Source of the DNA: Abditibacteriaceae bacterium
Lineage (GTDB): Bacteria; Armatimonadota; Abditibacteriia; Abditibacteriales; Abditibacteriaceae
Direction of reading: 5' to 3'
Assembly (NCBI GenBank): GCA_965277285.1
Contig: OZ255721.1
Span: 736,001 to 800,000 of the forward strand
Length of the DNA: 64,000 nucleotides
Part shown: positions 19,914-30,378 of the stretch, one piece after another
Position numbering within the stretch: position 1 is the stretch's first letter
How the letters are laid out: each line of letters opens with the position of its first letter
The notes under the pieces: model-generated
What the model was told of the DNA's origin: nothing
Seen by the model: the letters and a program-made list of their open reading frames with translations, nothing else
The model's database searches: none
Made by a program: the position numbers and the translations under genes

Positions 19914-21827
19914 TTACTTATAAGAACGCGTCGCCAGATGCACTTCCTCGAACTCGAGATGTTCTTTGTTCAAGATCGGTGTGGCGTTGTCGCCCGCATA
20001 TTCCCACGCGGCAACGTAAGCGAAGTTTTCGTCGTCGCGCAGGGCTTCGCCTTCTTCGGTCTGGCTTTCTTCGCGGAAATGGCCGCCGCAGCTTTCCGTG
20101 CGATGTAAAGCGTCGCGCACCAGCAATTCGCCAAACTCCAGAAAATCGGCCACGCGACCGGCGCGCTCCAAATCCTGATTCAAGTTATCGGCACTGCCCG
20201 ACAGTTTCACGTCTTGCCAGAACTCTTCGCGCAGTTTAGGAATCGAAACCAGAGCTTCGCGCAAACCTTGATCGTTGCGCGCCATGCCCGCTTTTTCCCA
20301 CATGATTTTGCCCAGTTCGCGGTGAAAATCCGTCACTGTGCGATTGCCGTTGATGCTCAGCAACTTGGAGATGCGCTGTTGTGCGTAATGCGCCGATTCT
20401 TTGAACGCCGCGTGATCGGTCGTCACTTTGGGCAGCTTGGTTCCCGCCAGAAAGTCGCCAATCGTGTAAGGAATCACGAAATAACCGTCCGCCAAACCTT
20501 GCATCAACGCGCTCGCGCCCAGGCGATTTGCGCCGTGATCCGAAAAATTGCATTCGCCCAGCGCGTAAAGTCCCGGCACGCTCGTCATCAAGTTGTAATC
20601 GACCCACAAGCCGCCCATCGTGTAATGAATCGCCGGGTAAATGCGCATCGGCTGCTGATACGGGTTTTCGTCCGTAATTTTCTGATACATATGGAACAGG
20701 TTGCCGTAGCGACCGCGAATCACGTCTTCGCCCAAACGACTAATCGCTTCCTGAAAATCGAGATAAACCGCCAGGCCGCTTTCGCCGACGCCGCGCCCAT
20801 CGTCGCACGCTTCCTTGGCAGCGCGACTGGAAATATCGCGCGGCGCGAGGTTACCGTAAGACGGATACTTGCGCTCCAAATAATAATCGCGCTCGTCTTC
20901 GGGAATCTGCGCCGGTGCACGCTTGTCGCCCTGCTTTTTGGGAACCCAGACGCGGCCATCGTTGCGCAAAGATTCCGACATCAAGGTCAACTTCGATTGA
21001 TGTTCGCCCGAAACCGGAATACACGTCGGGTGAATCTGCGTATAGCATGGATTGGCGAACGCCGCGCCCTTTTTATAGGCGCGCCACGCCGCGGTCACGT
21101 TGCAATTGAGCGCGTTCGTCGAAAGATAATACGCGTTGCCGTAACCGCCAGTACAAAGAAGAACGGCATCGGCGGAATAGGATTCGATTTCGCCCGTGAG
21201 GAGGTTGCGAACCGTGATGCCGCGCGCGATTTCGTCAATTGTCACGACATCGAGCAGTTCGCGGCGCGGGAACAATTTCACGGCGCCACGATCCACTTGG
21301 CGCATCAAACTCGAATAGGCGCCCAGCAGCAATTGCTGTCCGGTTTGGCCACGCGCATAAAAGGTACGCGAAACCTGCGCGCCACCAAACGAGCGGTTGT
21401 CCAATTGACCGCCATATTCGCGCGCGAAAGGCACGCCTTGCGCGACACATTGGTCGATAATATGGTTGCTGACTTCCGCCAGGCGATAAACATTGGCTTC
21501 GCGCGCGCGAAAATCGCCGCCTTTTACCGTATCGTAAAACAAGCGATGAACGCTGTCGCCATCGTTTTGATAATTCTTGGCGGCGTTGATTCCGCCTTGC
21601 GCGGCAATCGAGTGCGCACGTCGCGGACTGTCGTGATACGTGAAGTTGAGCACGTTGTAGCCCAATTCGCCCAAGGACGCCGCCGCGCTTCCACCGGCGA
21701 GTCCAGTTCCGACCACGATGATGGTGAACTTGCGCTTATTGGACGGATTGACCAGTTTGATATCGAACTTGTGGCGCTCCCACTTCGAGGAAACCGGGCC
21801 GCCAGGGATTTTAGAATCGAGCTTCAT
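19914..21827 (-). CDS. sdhA: Succinate dehydrogenase/fumarate reductase flavoprotein subunit
   Basis: [49 protein letters not shown]. Confidence 0.97.
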   Translation of the reverse strand: MKLDSKIPGGPVSSKWERHKFDIKLVNPSNKRKFTIIVVGTGLAGGSAAASLGELGYNVLNFTYHDSPRRAHSIAAQGGINAAKNYQNDGDSVHRLFYDTVKGGDFRAREANVYRLAEVSNHIIDQCVAQGVPFAREYGGQLDNRSFGGAQVSRTFYARGQTGQQLLLGAYSSLMRQVDRGAVKLFPRRELLDVVTIDEIARGITVRNLLTGEIESYSADAVLLCTGGYGNAYYLSTNALNCNVTAAWRAYKKGAAFANPCYTQIHPTCIPVSGEHQSKLTLMSESLRNDGRVWVPKKQGDKRAPAQIPEDERDYYLERKYPSYGNLAPRDISSRAAKEACDDGRGVGESGLAVYLDFQEAISRLGEDVIRGRYGNLFHMYQKITDENPYQQPMRIYPAIHYTMGGLWVDYNLMTSVPGLYALGECNFSDHGANRLGASALMQGLADGYFVIPYTIGDFLAGTKLPKVTTDHAAFKESAHYAQQRISKLLSINGNRTVTDFHRELGKIMWEKAGMARNDQGLREALVSIPKLREEFWQDVKLSGSADNLNQDLERAGRVADFLEFGELLVRDALHRTESCGGHFREESQTEEGEALRDDENFAYVAAWEYAGDNATPILNKEHLEFEEVHLATRSYK

Positions 21828-21866
21828 ACGGGAAAAGCCTTTCGAGTACTCGAATTGCGAAATTAT

Positions 21867-21894
21867 GTACGGGCTTGGCGCGCCAAGCCTTTAC
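21867..21894. repeat. GTAG-type REP-like hairpin (family D), degenerate
   Basis: GTACGGGCTTGGCGCGCCAAGCCTTTAC; related to 35785-35812, 51323-51401 and 56199-56265. Confidence 0.7.
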
Positions 21895-21909
21895 GAACAA
21901 ATTAGTTAT

Positions 21910-22674
21910 TTATCGTCGGAAGAAATAAACATACAACGGAATCGAGATGAAGCCGCCAATAATCACCGCTGTAAAAACGCGTCCAACCCACGCCCAAAAT
22001 GTCGTGTAGCCACCGACGCCGACGCTTTGAAAGGCGCTCGCAAAACCGTGATTGAGGTGAAGCGCCAGCAAAACCAGCGCAACCACATAAATTGCAACGA
22101 TGAGAATGTTGCCGAACGCGTCATTCACCATGCGCGCGATGTCATCGCCTTCCGCGGGTTGCGTCGCCTGCGCGCTGGCTGTCGCGGTTCCGCTTTGCGT
22201 CATCATGGTGGTTGGCGCGCCGTTGTTGGTCGCCATTTCGTAGCGGTATTTGCCCAATCGAAAATGAATGATGTGCAAGATGATGAACAGCAAAGTCAGC
22301 GTGCCGGAAACCGCCATATAAGTGGACGAAACCGATTTACGACTTTTGTGAGGGCCAGCGGTAATTTTTCCGTCTTTAGTCCAGCGACGAGAAGCGTATT
22401 CTTCTGGTCGCGCGAGTTTGTTCTGGCGCCAGACGCGCAAGCCGATGTAAGCGTGCGCGAGGATCAATAAAACCAGTCCGATTTCCAGAAAAATGGTGAT
22501 CGGCAAACGGTCGAGGAAGTTGCCGTAAGTGTTGATGTATTCGCCGCGCCCGGGGAAAATCGTCAGGTTTCCCAGCAGGTGAATCACCAGAAAGGCGCAC
22601 AGAAAAAGTCCGGTGAGGGCGCTGAGGAACTTTTGCGCCACGCTCGTTGTCAGAAGCCGCTTGCGCTTCTCCAT
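21910..22674 (-). CDS. sdhC: Succinate dehydrogenase cytochrome b subunit
   Basis: S...K...ALTGLFL..FL..HL.GN, HL.HGF.SAFQS.G; lies upstream of sdhA. Confidence 0.92.
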   Translation of the reverse strand: MEKRKRLLTTSVAQKFLSALTGLFLCAFLVIHLLGNLTIFPGRGEYINTYGNFLDRLPITIFLEIGLVLLILAHAYIGLRVWRQNKLARPEEYASRRWTKDGKITAGPHKSRKSVSSTYMAVSGTLTLLFIILHIIHFRLGKYRYEMATNNGAPTTMMTQSGTATASAQATQPAEGDDIARMVNDAFGNILIVAIYVVALVLLALHLNHGFASAFQSVGVGGYTTFWAWVGRVFTAVIIGGFISIPLYVYFFRR

Positions 22675-22860
22675 GTTTTCTTCTCCACAAATCAATTCAA
22701 TCGCTTTTCATTATACGTACAACGTGGCGCCGCGTCACAAGAGTTTTGCAGACGCCAATCGAGTACTCGAAACGCGCACTTCGTTATACTTCAAGGCCAC
22801 ATTATGCAAGATTTACGCGCCAATGGATTCCCCTCTTTGGCCGATTTCAGCGAGATTTTT

Positions 22861-24123
22861 ATGACACACGAAACTCCTCAACAACACGTCGAACGCAAAG
22901 CGCAACTTGCCAAAACAGCGTCCATCGCCTTGCGCACGTTGTCCACGCAAACCAAAAACAACGCGCTTTTATCTATCGCGGACGCTTTAATAGAAAGCCA
23001 AAATCGCATCTTCGAGGAAAACGCCAGGGATTTGGAAGCTGGAAAGGCGCGCGGTCTTTCCGCTGCCCTACTCGACCGCTTGAAACTGGACGAAAAGCGC
23101 GTGCTTTCAATGGCCGAAGGCTGCCGCCAGGTCGCCGCTTTGCCCGACCCGATTGGCCAGGTCATCAAAGGCGAAACGCGTCCCAACGGCTTGCGCATCC
23201 AACAGGTTCGCGTGCCGCTCGGCGTCATCGGCATCATTTACGAATCGCGCCCCAACGTGACGGTTGACGCGGCGGTTTTGTGCCTTAAATCGGGCAACGC
23301 GGTTGTTCTGCGCGGCGGCAGCGAAGCGATCCATTCCAACACGATTCTGGCGCAGCTTATGACCGAAGCGGCGCAAAAAGCTGGTGTTCCCGCGGATGCA
23401 ATTCAGATCATCGAGACAACCGACCGCGCCGCGACGCAGCATTTGGTGACGTTGAACGGCTTGGTCGATCTGGTGATTCCGCGCGGCGGAGAAGGCCTCA
23501 AAAAGGCCTTGATGAGCGTGGCGACAGTTCCCGTGATTTTTGCGGCGGGCGGCGTTTGTCACGTTTATGTCGATGAAAGCGCCGATTTACAGATGGCGTC
23601 CGACATCGTTTTTAACGCCAAAGTACAACGTCCCAGCGCCTGCAACGCGATTGAAACGTTGCTCGTTCACCAGGCAATCGCACCTCAGTTTTTGCCGATT
23701 ATCAGCAAGCGTTTGTGCGACGCCAGTGTCGAGTTGCGCGGCGACCAAAGTGCGCGCCAGATAGCCGATATGAAAGAAGCAAGCGAAGACGATTGGAACG
23801 AAGAATATCTGAACCTGACGCTGGCGGTTCGAGTACTCGATTCGTTGGATGACGCGATTGCGCATATCAGCGCGCATGGTTCGGGACATTCCGAAGCAAT
23901 CGTGACGGAAAATTACGCAAATGCCGAAAAGTTCGTGGCGCAAATCGACGCTGCTGCGCTTTACATCAATTCGAGCACGCGCTTTACCGATGGCTTCGAG
24001 TTCGGTTTGGGCGCCGAAGTCGGCATCTCGACGCAAAAGTTGCACGCGCGCGGCCCGATGGGTTTGGAAGCCTTGACCTCGACTAAATACATCACGCGCG
24101 GCGATGGTCATATTCGTCCCTGA
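22861..24123 (+). CDS. proA: Glutamate-5-semialdehyde dehydrogenase (gamma-glutamyl phosphate reductase)
   Basis: VPLGVIGIIYESRPNVT, LRGGSEA, CNAIETLL, STRFTDGFEFGLGAEVGISTQKLHARGPMGL. Confidence 0.97.
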   Translation: MTHETPQQHVERKAQLAKTASIALRTLSTQTKNNALLSIADALIESQNRIFEENARDLEAGKARGLSAALLDRLKLDEKRVLSMAEGCRQVAALPDPIGQVIKGETRPNGLRIQQVRVPLGVIGIIYESRPNVTVDAAVLCLKSGNAVVLRGGSEAIHSNTILAQLMTEAAQKAGVPADAIQIIETTDRAATQHLVTLNGLVDLVIPRGGEGLKKALMSVATVPVIFAAGGVCHVYVDESADLQMASDIVFNAKVQRPSACNAIETLLVHQAIAPQFLPIISKRLCDASVELRGDQSARQIADMKEASEDDWNEEYLNLTLAVRVLDSLDDAIAHISAHGSGHSEAIVTENYANAEKFVAQIDAAALYINSSTRFTDGFEFGLGAEVGISTQKLHARGPMGLEALTSTKYITRGDGHIRP

Positions 24124-24124
24124 A

Positions 24125-24195
24125 AGCGAACCCGAAGCGTGAGCGAGAGCGAACTTTTTACGTCAAATCTCCCTCGCTCACGCTTCGGGTTCGCT
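24125..24195. repeat. REP-like hairpin family A
   Basis: AGCGAACCCGAAGCGTGAGCGAG...CTCGCTCACGCTTCGGGTTCGCT immediately after the proA stop. Confidence 0.85.
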
Positions 24196-24234
24196 GAATG
24201 TGCAACGCAACGTTCTTTTTTCCGTCTTTTCCCT

Positions 24235-25266
24235 ATGAAATTTCACCAATTCTTCCCGCTTTTTTCCTGCACAACGATGCTGCTTGCGGGCGCCATGAGT
24301 TCTTGCGCCAAACCGCAACAATCGAGTACTCGAACGCTCGCGGCGCCAGTTTCGACAACCGCAACAACAACTGATCCTTGGACAAAGCGCGTTTCCCTTT
24401 ACGAAGAAAATCGCAACGCTCCACTGCAAACCAAAACCGTGAGCCGCACGCAAAACACGGTAGCGAATGTCGAGAAAATGACGATTCGCGGCGTCAATGG
24501 CGACATCGTGCCGTTTTACATCGTGACGCCGCTGAGCGCGACCGAAAAAAATCGCGTGCCGGGCATTATTCTAATTCACGGTTTGACTCAGAACATTGAT
24601 CAAATGCTGTTTGCCGCACAATATTATGCAGCGCAAGGTTATGCAGTCGTAATTCCTGAGATTGTCAATCACGGCGAACGAAAGACTTCGCACCACGCCT
24701 TGTTCGGCAGCGATGTGGTTTCGCTGCGCGCCGATATTATCGAATCGGTCGGCGATATTCGGCGCACGCTGGACGTTTTTGCGGCTCGCCCGAATGTCGA
24801 TTCTCAGCGCATCGGTTTGTTCGGCTTGAGCCTGGGTTCGATTTTGGGAAGCGTCACAACGGCTCTGGACAATCGCATTCAAACTGCTGTTTTTGCGGTC
24901 GGTGGAGCCGATTGGCGCACCATTTTAGAAAATTCCGTTATCAGTTCGGACAAAACCAAAACGGCGGTTCGCGCCCTGAACGCGCAGCAAATCGCGTTGT
25001 TGGATGACGTTGATCCGAAGAGTTTTGTCGGCAAAATCGCGCCGCGTCCAGTTTTGATGTTGAACGGCAAGCGCGACACCATTATTCCGGTGGCCGCAGC
25101 GCAAGCGTTTTTTCAGGCAGCGCACGAGCCGAAAAAGCAACTCTGGTTCGATGCCGACCATTTTTTGCCGGTCATGGAAGTCGCCGAACCGATCAATCAA
25201 TGGTTGCAGCAACATTTGAAATCACCATCGGCGACAACAGTGGCGTTTAAGCGTGTCAGCGAATGA
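24235..25266 (+). CDS. Alpha/beta hydrolase, probably exported or a lipoprotein
   Basis: Signal/lipobox-like N-terminus (AMSSC), IHG, nucleophile elbow GLSLG, G.RD.IIP, DH. Confidence 0.85.
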   Translation: MKFHQFFPLFSCTTMLLAGAMSSCAKPQQSSTRTLAAPVSTTATTTDPWTKRVSLYEENRNAPLQTKTVSRTQNTVANVEKMTIRGVNGDIVPFYIVTPLSATEKNRVPGIILIHGLTQNIDQMLFAAQYYAAQGYAVVIPEIVNHGERKTSHHALFGSDVVSLRADIIESVGDIRRTLDVFAARPNVDSQRIGLFGLSLGSILGSVTTALDNRIQTAVFAVGGADWRTILENSVISSDKTKTAVRALNAQQIALLDDVDPKSFVGKIAPRPVLMLNGKRDTIIPVAAAQAFFQAAHEPKKQLWFDADHFLPVMEVAEPINQWLQQHLKSPSATTVAFKRVSE

Positions 25267-25397
25267 ATTCGCCGCCAGAAACCAAGTCGGGCTGAACCCG
25301 ACACGACTGCAATTTATGTTGTGTCAACGAAGGTTGATAACTTTTCGGGCGACGAATTTATTCGCTGACACAATCGAGTACTCGAACCTTCCCTTTT

Positions 25398-25976
25398 ATG
25401 CCCGATTCTGCGCCTTCTGCAATTCAAACTGTCGTTCTCATCGGCTTTATGGGCTGCGGCAAAAGTTGCGTGGCGCGACGCCTGGCGCCTTTATTGAACT
25501 GGCCGGCGAGCGATTTGGATCAACAAATCGAAAGCGCTATCGGCATTTCCATCGCGCAATTTTTCGCATCGCATGGCGAAGAGGCTTTTCGCGCTGAGGA
25601 AACCCGACAGTTGCACGAAGCGTTGCAGGAACGCGGGATTCTGGCGGCGGGCGGCGGAATTGTGACGCGCCAAGAGAACCGCCATTTACTGCGAAACGCG
25701 CAGCGAAGTGGAATCGTGAGCGTTGTTTATCTGCGTGCCAGGCCGGAAACGTTGGCGACGCGCATTCGGCGCCAGCCCGGCGTGCGACCATTGATTGACG
25801 GCCATCGAGTACTGAATTGGATAGAAACCCGCGAGCGCGTGCGGTTTTTGCTCGATCAGCGTTCGTGCTGGTACCAAGAATGCGCCGATTTAATCGTGGA
25901 CAGTGACGAACTTTCCGCCAATCAAACCGCGCAAATTGTCGCCGCTTACGTCGCGCCGGAAAAAGTTTTGCCGTGA
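25398..25976 (+). CDS. aroK: Shikimate kinase
   Basis: LIGFMGCGKS, DLD..IE, GE..FR, GGG, RPL. Confidence 0.93.
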   Translation: MPDSAPSAIQTVVLIGFMGCGKSCVARRLAPLLNWPASDLDQQIESAIGISIAQFFASHGEEAFRAEETRQLHEALQERGILAAGGGIVTRQENRHLLRNAQRSGIVSVVYLRARPETLATRIRRQPGVRPLIDGHRVLNWIETRERVRFLLDQRSCWYQECADLIVDSDELSANQTAQIVAAYVAPEKVLP

Positions 25977-26001
25977 CCGAACGACGATTTAAGGACGAAA
26001 A

Positions 26002-26421
26002 ATGGCTCAAAGAAATTTCAATAACCCGCGTGTGGTCGGCATTTTGATGCCACAAATGGAAATGGTGACGCGCTCCTGGTCGCCCAGCGCGATGTGGCAA
26101 CCGCGCACCGATATTTACGAATCGCGCGACGCGGTTTTGCTGCAAATCGAAGTGCCTGGCATGGAGATTTCGCAATTGCGCATTCATTTTGAAGCCGAGC
26201 AGTTGACAATTGAAGGCGTTCGTCCGCAGCCGCAATGCAGTCCGACGCATCATTGCCTGCAAGTCGAAAGCGAATCCGGCGCCTTTCGCCGCGTTTTTGC
26301 TTTGCCGAAAAACATCGACGGCGCCCACATCGAAGCGCGCCTGGAACTGGGCGTTTTATATGTCACGTTGCCCAAACGTGCGGTTGAAGAACGTCGCGCG
26401 ATGAAAATTGAAATTGCGTGA
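26002..26421 (+). CDS. Hsp20/alpha-crystallin small heat shock protein
   Basis: W.P.TDIYE, EVPG, G.FRR.F.LP, GVL.VTLPK. Confidence 0.92.
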   Translation: MAQRNFNNPRVVGILMPQMEMVTRSWSPSAMWQPRTDIYESRDAVLLQIEVPGMEISQLRIHFEAEQLTIEGVRPQPQCSPTHHCLQVESESGAFRRVFALPKNIDGAHIEARLELGVLYVTLPKRAVEERRAMKIEIA

Positions 26422-26423
26422 CA

Positions 26424-26500
26424 TTTCAGAACCCCAAGCGTAAGTGTGGAGCTGAAGTCGCAGTTACTTCAGCTCCGCGCTCACGCTTGGGGTTCTGAAA
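26424..26500. repeat. REP-like hairpin family A (variant)
   Basis: TTTCAGAACCCCAAGCGTAAG...CTCACGCTTGGGGTTCTGAAA between hsp20 and lon. Confidence 0.8.
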
Positions 26501-26547
26501 CGACGGACTCGGAATCGAGTACTCGAATTGAAGAACGGAGAAACATC

Positions 26548-28317
26548 ATGGCTGAACCGACAATGCCGCCCATCAGCGACGTTTTGCCGGTCGTCGCAAC
26601 CACAAACTTAGTCTTATTTCCTTTTATGATGGCGCCGCTTGCGGTCGGGCGCGACGCATCGTTGAAAGCTTTGGACGCGGCGCTGCAAGCCGACCGCATC
26701 GTTGCCATCACGTTGCAGCGCGCAGAAAATATCGAGCAGCCGACGCCTGAAGAACTCAACACGATTGGCTGCGCCGGAATCGTAGCGCGCATGATGCGCA
26801 CGCCCGATGGCAGCGCGCAGGTCATCATTCAAGGTTTGACGCGCGTGCGATTGCACGACTTCATAAGTGACAACGGCGTCTTGCGCGCTCGCGTCGAAAT
26901 TTTGACCGATCCGACCGACAAGCCAATGGCCGTACAAGCCTTGATGAACAACTTGCTGGGCGTTTTTCGGCGTATCGTCGAACTCAATCCAGTCTTGCCG
27001 GAAGAAGCTTTCGGTGCCGCACAAAGTCAGGACGAACCCGGAAAGTTGGCCGATTTCGTCGGCTCGACATTGAACGTTGAACCGAACATTCGCCAGGAGA
27101 TTTTGGCGGAACTCGATGTTCAAAAACGCTTGGAGCGCGTCACGCGTTTGGCGTCCGATGAAGTCAATATCTTGGAACTGTCGAACCAGATTCAAGACGC
27201 GACGCGCCAAGAATTAGACAAAGGCCAGCGCGAATTTATTTTGCGTCAGCAGTTGCGCGAAATCCAAAAGCAGTTGGGCGAAACCGATGACAACGCGCAG
27301 GAATTGGAAGATTTGCAAAAGCAGATCGACGACGCCAAAATGCCGCCCGAAGCGCAAGCCGCCGCCGACCGCGAAATGGCGCGCCTGAAACGTTTGCCTC
27401 AGGCCGCCGCAGAATACAGCGTCGCACGCAACTATTTGGATTATCTTTTAGCGATTCCGTGGAGTGTTTCGACCGACGACAATTTGGACATTGCGCACGC
27501 CGAGCAGGTTTTGAACGATGAGCATTACGGCTTGCAAGATGTGAAAGATCGAGTACTCGAATATCTCGCAGTGCGGCGCTTGAAGCCCGATTCCAAAGGC
27601 CCAATTTTGTGTTTCGTCGGGCCGCCGGGCGTCGGAAAAACCAGTCTGGCGCATTCGATAGCGCACGCTCTGGGACGCAAGTTCGTGCGCATGGCGTTGG
27701 GCGGCATACGCGATGAAGCCGAAATTCGCGGCCATCGCAGAACTTATATCGGCGCCATGCCAGGCCGAATCGCGCAGGGCTTGCGCGACGCGGGCACCAA
27801 CAATCCGGTGATGATCCTGGATGAAATCGACAAGTTGGGCAGCGATTATCGTGGCGACCCGACAAGCGCGCTGTTGGAAGTTCTCGATCCGCAGCAAAAC
27901 AACGCGTTCAAGGATCATTACCTGGAAGTGCCGCTCGATTTGTCGAAGATTATGTTCATCACGACGGCGAACGTTTTGGACACGATTCCTGGCCCTTTGC
28001 GCGACCGCATGGAAGTGATTCGCATCGCGGGTTACAGCGAGGAAGAAAAAGTCAACATCGCGCAACGTCATCTGGTGCCGCGTCAAATGAACGAAAACGG
28101 TTTGACAACCGACGACATCGAAATCACGCCGGAAGCGATTCGCACAATTGTTCACGGCTACACGCGCGAAGCCGGAGTGCGCAACCTGGAACGCGAAATC
28201 GCCACCATTTTGCGCAAGAGCGCGCGCCAAATCGCGCAATCGAGTACTCGAAATGGCGTCAATGGAACTTACGCCAAAACCGTCGAGGATCTGGCAACCA
28301 ACGAACCCGAAGCGTAA
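26548..28317 (+). CDS. lon: Lon protease N-domain + AAA+ module, lacking the C-terminal S16 protease domain (truncated)
   Basis: LON N-domain, HYGL, GPPGVGKTS, HRRTYIGAMPG, LDEIDK, REAGVRNLERE. The ORF stops about 40 aa later, with no PKDGPSAG motif here or downstream. Confidence 0.9.
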   Translation: MAEPTMPPISDVLPVVATTNLVLFPFMMAPLAVGRDASLKALDAALQADRIVAITLQRAENIEQPTPEELNTIGCAGIVARMMRTPDGSAQVIIQGLTRVRLHDFISDNGVLRARVEILTDPTDKPMAVQALMNNLLGVFRRIVELNPVLPEEAFGAAQSQDEPGKLADFVGSTLNVEPNIRQEILAELDVQKRLERVTRLASDEVNILELSNQIQDATRQELDKGQREFILRQQLREIQKQLGETDDNAQELEDLQKQIDDAKMPPEAQAAADREMARLKRLPQAAAEYSVARNYLDYLLAIPWSVSTDDNLDIAHAEQVLNDEHYGLQDVKDRVLEYLAVRRLKPDSKGPILCFVGPPGVGKTSLAHSIAHALGRKFVRMALGGIRDEAEIRGHRRTYIGAMPGRIAQGLRDAGTNNPVMILDEIDKLGSDYRGDPTSALLEVLDPQQNNAFKDHYLEVPLDLSKIMFITTANVLDTIPGPLRDRMEVIRIAGYSEEEKVNIAQRHLVPRQMNENGLTTDDIEITPEAIRTIVHGYTREAGVRNLEREIATILRKSARQIAQSSTRNGVNGTYAKTVEDLATNEPEA

Positions 28318-28402
28318 GCGACGGGCTTGAATAAGAGCTACGTCAAATTTCTACTCAAGCCCGTCGCTTACGTCCGCCCAGAGGGCACCCGGGTTCGTTG
28401 GT
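28297..28402. repeat. REP-like hairpin family A that supplies the lon stop codon
   Basis: ACCAACGAACCCGAAGCGTAAGCGACGGGCTTGA...TCAAGCCCGTCGCTTACG...GGGTTCGTTGGT; the TAA at 28315-28317 lies inside the left arm. Confidence 0.85.
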
Positions 28403-28419
28403 GCTGCGCAAACTGAACT

Positions 28420-29091
28420 ATGCCTGGTGGAAAAACGCATTTGGCGATTGGTGTCGGGACGGCATTGGCGCTCTGTGCGGCGTTGCCGCTGGACAAGAGT
28501 TTTCCGACGTTGTGCGGCTTGTCGGTAGTAATTTGCAGCATTGGCGCGCTGGCGCCCGACCTGGACATCGACCAGAACGAATTGGAAGAAACCGGACGCG
28601 AAAGTGGCCGCGATCTTTCGCGCTTGATGCGTCGTTCGGCACGCGGCAGCAACGACGCGACGCGCATCGCGGCTGTCGGAATCGGAATAGTGTTTCTTGT
28701 CATTGGCGAATTTATTTCGCGCGTCGTCGAAGCGTTGGCGTGGTTGATTCAACGCGTGACGACGCATCGTGGCATGACACATTCGCTGCTGGCGTTGGCG
28801 TTTACAACCGCGTTGGCGATGGTTTTATCGCAGAAATTTGGCAGTCATAGCGTTTGGTGGGGGTTGTGCTGGGGCGCCGGTTACACGTCGCATTTGATTT
28901 CTGATTCGTGGACGTGGAGCGGCGTGCGTTTTTTGCAGCCGTTTTCGGAGCGTCATTTTTGGCTGGCACCACGCTTTTTGCGCTTTCGTGTCGGAACCTG
29001 GCGCGATACACTTTTGCGCTGGATTGCACCGTTCGCGGGTTTGGCAGTTTTCATCTGGCAAAGTCGAGTACTCGATATCATAAGAAAATGA
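28420..29091 (+). CDS. Metal-dependent hydrolase, YdjM/LexA-binding inner-membrane family
   Basis: TH, LAPDLD, HRGMTHS, GY.SHL..D..T..G motifs. Confidence 0.88.
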   Translation: MPGGKTHLAIGVGTALALCAALPLDKSFPTLCGLSVVICSIGALAPDLDIDQNELEETGRESGRDLSRLMRRSARGSNDATRIAAVGIGIVFLVIGEFISRVVEALAWLIQRVTTHRGMTHSLLALAFTTALAMVLSQKFGSHSVWWGLCWGAGYTSHLISDSWTWSGVRFLQPFSERHFWLAPRFLRFRVGTWRDTLLRWIAPFAGLAVFIWQSRVLDIIRK

Positions 29092-29150
29092 ACCAGAGAC
29101 ACACCCGCCCAGAGAGCACCCAGCACAGCGTAAAAACAAGAAGTAAAGGC

Positions 29151-29384
29151 ATGATGCATCATTTTACGGCGGTCATTCACGAAGAAACTTTCTCCGATGG
29201 TTCGCCCGCATTCGTGGCGCATTGTCCTGAAACTGATGTAACAAGTCAGGGCGAAACCCGCGACGAAGCTATGGCAAACCTATGCGAAGCCGTTGAACTT
29301 TTGCTTGAAGATGTGAGCGCCGCCGAATTGGGGCGGATGTTGTCCACGCATACGACAGTGCGCCAATTTGAGGTCGCGGTCTGA
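29151..29384 (+). CDS. hicB: HicB family antitoxin
   Basis: FVAHCPE.DV.SQGET.DEA.ANL.EAVEL. Confidence 0.85.
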   Translation: MMHHFTAVIHEETFSDGSPAFVAHCPETDVTSQGETRDEAMANLCEAVELLLEDVSAAELGRMLSTHTTVRQFEVAV

Positions 29385-29614
29385 TGTCAGGTCTCAAGGT
29401 GCGCGCCATTCTGGAAGCAAGCGGGTTTATGTTCGTCTCTCAAAAAGGTTCGCACATCAAAATGCGGCGGCAAATTGAGAGTGACGACGGCGAAACCGTC
29501 ACTTATATGACGATTATTCCCGATCACAAAAAGGCCGCTATCGGCACGATAGGCGACATTGTGAGGCGTTCAAATTTAGAGCATGTTATGCACTTTCACG
29601 GGTTTATTCTTTGA
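29384..29614 (+). CDS. hicA: HicA family toxin; C-terminus runs into a MITE
   Basis: LE..GF....QKGSH.KM, IPDH, GT...I. The last codons (LEHVMHF...) come from the MITE left inverted repeat. Confidence 0.8.
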   Translation: MSGLKVRAILEASGFMFVSQKGSHIKMRRQIESDDGETVTYMTIIPDHKKAAIGTIGDIVRRSNLEHVMHFHGFIL

Positions 29615-29715
29615 AGAATAGTGGCCTAAATCTGCAAAGGTATAATATGGGAAGAACCCTTATAAATACAAGGGTTCTTCAGACGGACAAGTTACAAAGT
29701 GCATAACGCGCTCTA
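29577..29715. mobile_element. MITE-like element (139 bp) with 20-bp terminal inverted repeats
   Basis: TAGAGCATGTTATGCACTTT (29577-29596) and AAAGTGCATAACGCGCTCTA (29696-29715), an 18/20 match; internal hairpin GAAGAACCCTT...AAGGGTTCTTC. Confidence 0.7.
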
Positions 29716-30296
29716 GATCGTTCGCCCTTTGAAGCATGAGCAAGACGGCTTCGTCGCGTCGCGGATGAGTTGACCTGCGAGCGGCATGCATTAAGGAGGT
29801 TTGGTGCTCGTGCGTGAATAGCTGCACCTGCTCGGAACTTAGTTCCGGCGGCGCAACTTTATTCATCGGCAATTCTTCCAATCGCCCGTCTTTCACGACC
29901 AGTTAAAAAGGTGCGCAACTCGCGTTAATAACGATGTAGAGAAGCAGGACGCAGCGGCTTGGTCATGCGGGCATTGTCCCAATGTCTGCCCGCATTTGTA
30001 TGGCCCGCAATGGCGTAAGCCAAAAACTGCCGCAAGTCCGTTGTTTCACAGTGCGAACGATTTTGTTGCTGTAAAAACCAGAGCAGCTTGGAACCGGTGT
30101 GACGACGAAATTCCGTGGTGCGCGGCAAGTGAAGACTGTACTTGCCTTCGTAATACCAATCGTCCAATAATTGGCTTAGTTCTCGGCTGGAGAGACCAAT
30201 AGAAGGTGATGAAGAGGTGTTTGTGACGGAGGCGACACTGATGAAAGCAGACGCTGTTTTTCTCATTTTGTCCTCTGAAAATAATCTCAGGGACAA
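29716..30296 (-). pseudogene. Tyrosine recombinase/integrase remnant
   Basis: Two disrupted ORFs with integrase-like segments (DLRQFL..., LRPASLHRY, then P..KV..P, RRD.A.LL.L), cut off at the MITE and adjacent to the tRNA-Ala 3' end. Confidence 0.65.
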
Positions 30297-30378
30297 CCGA
30301 AACGCTGAAGAAAAGCTCGAAAATTGTAACTTTTACGCACGAAACCCGCAAAATTTCGTGTTTTACAACTTCGAGAAG

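Noticed and set aside
20214..21905. 563-aa ORF antisense to sdhA, and similar long shadow ORFs such as 17356..18192 and 34255..35097
   Set aside because: They mirror well-supported genes on the opposite strand, are expected at this GC and codon bias, and carry no recognisable motifs.
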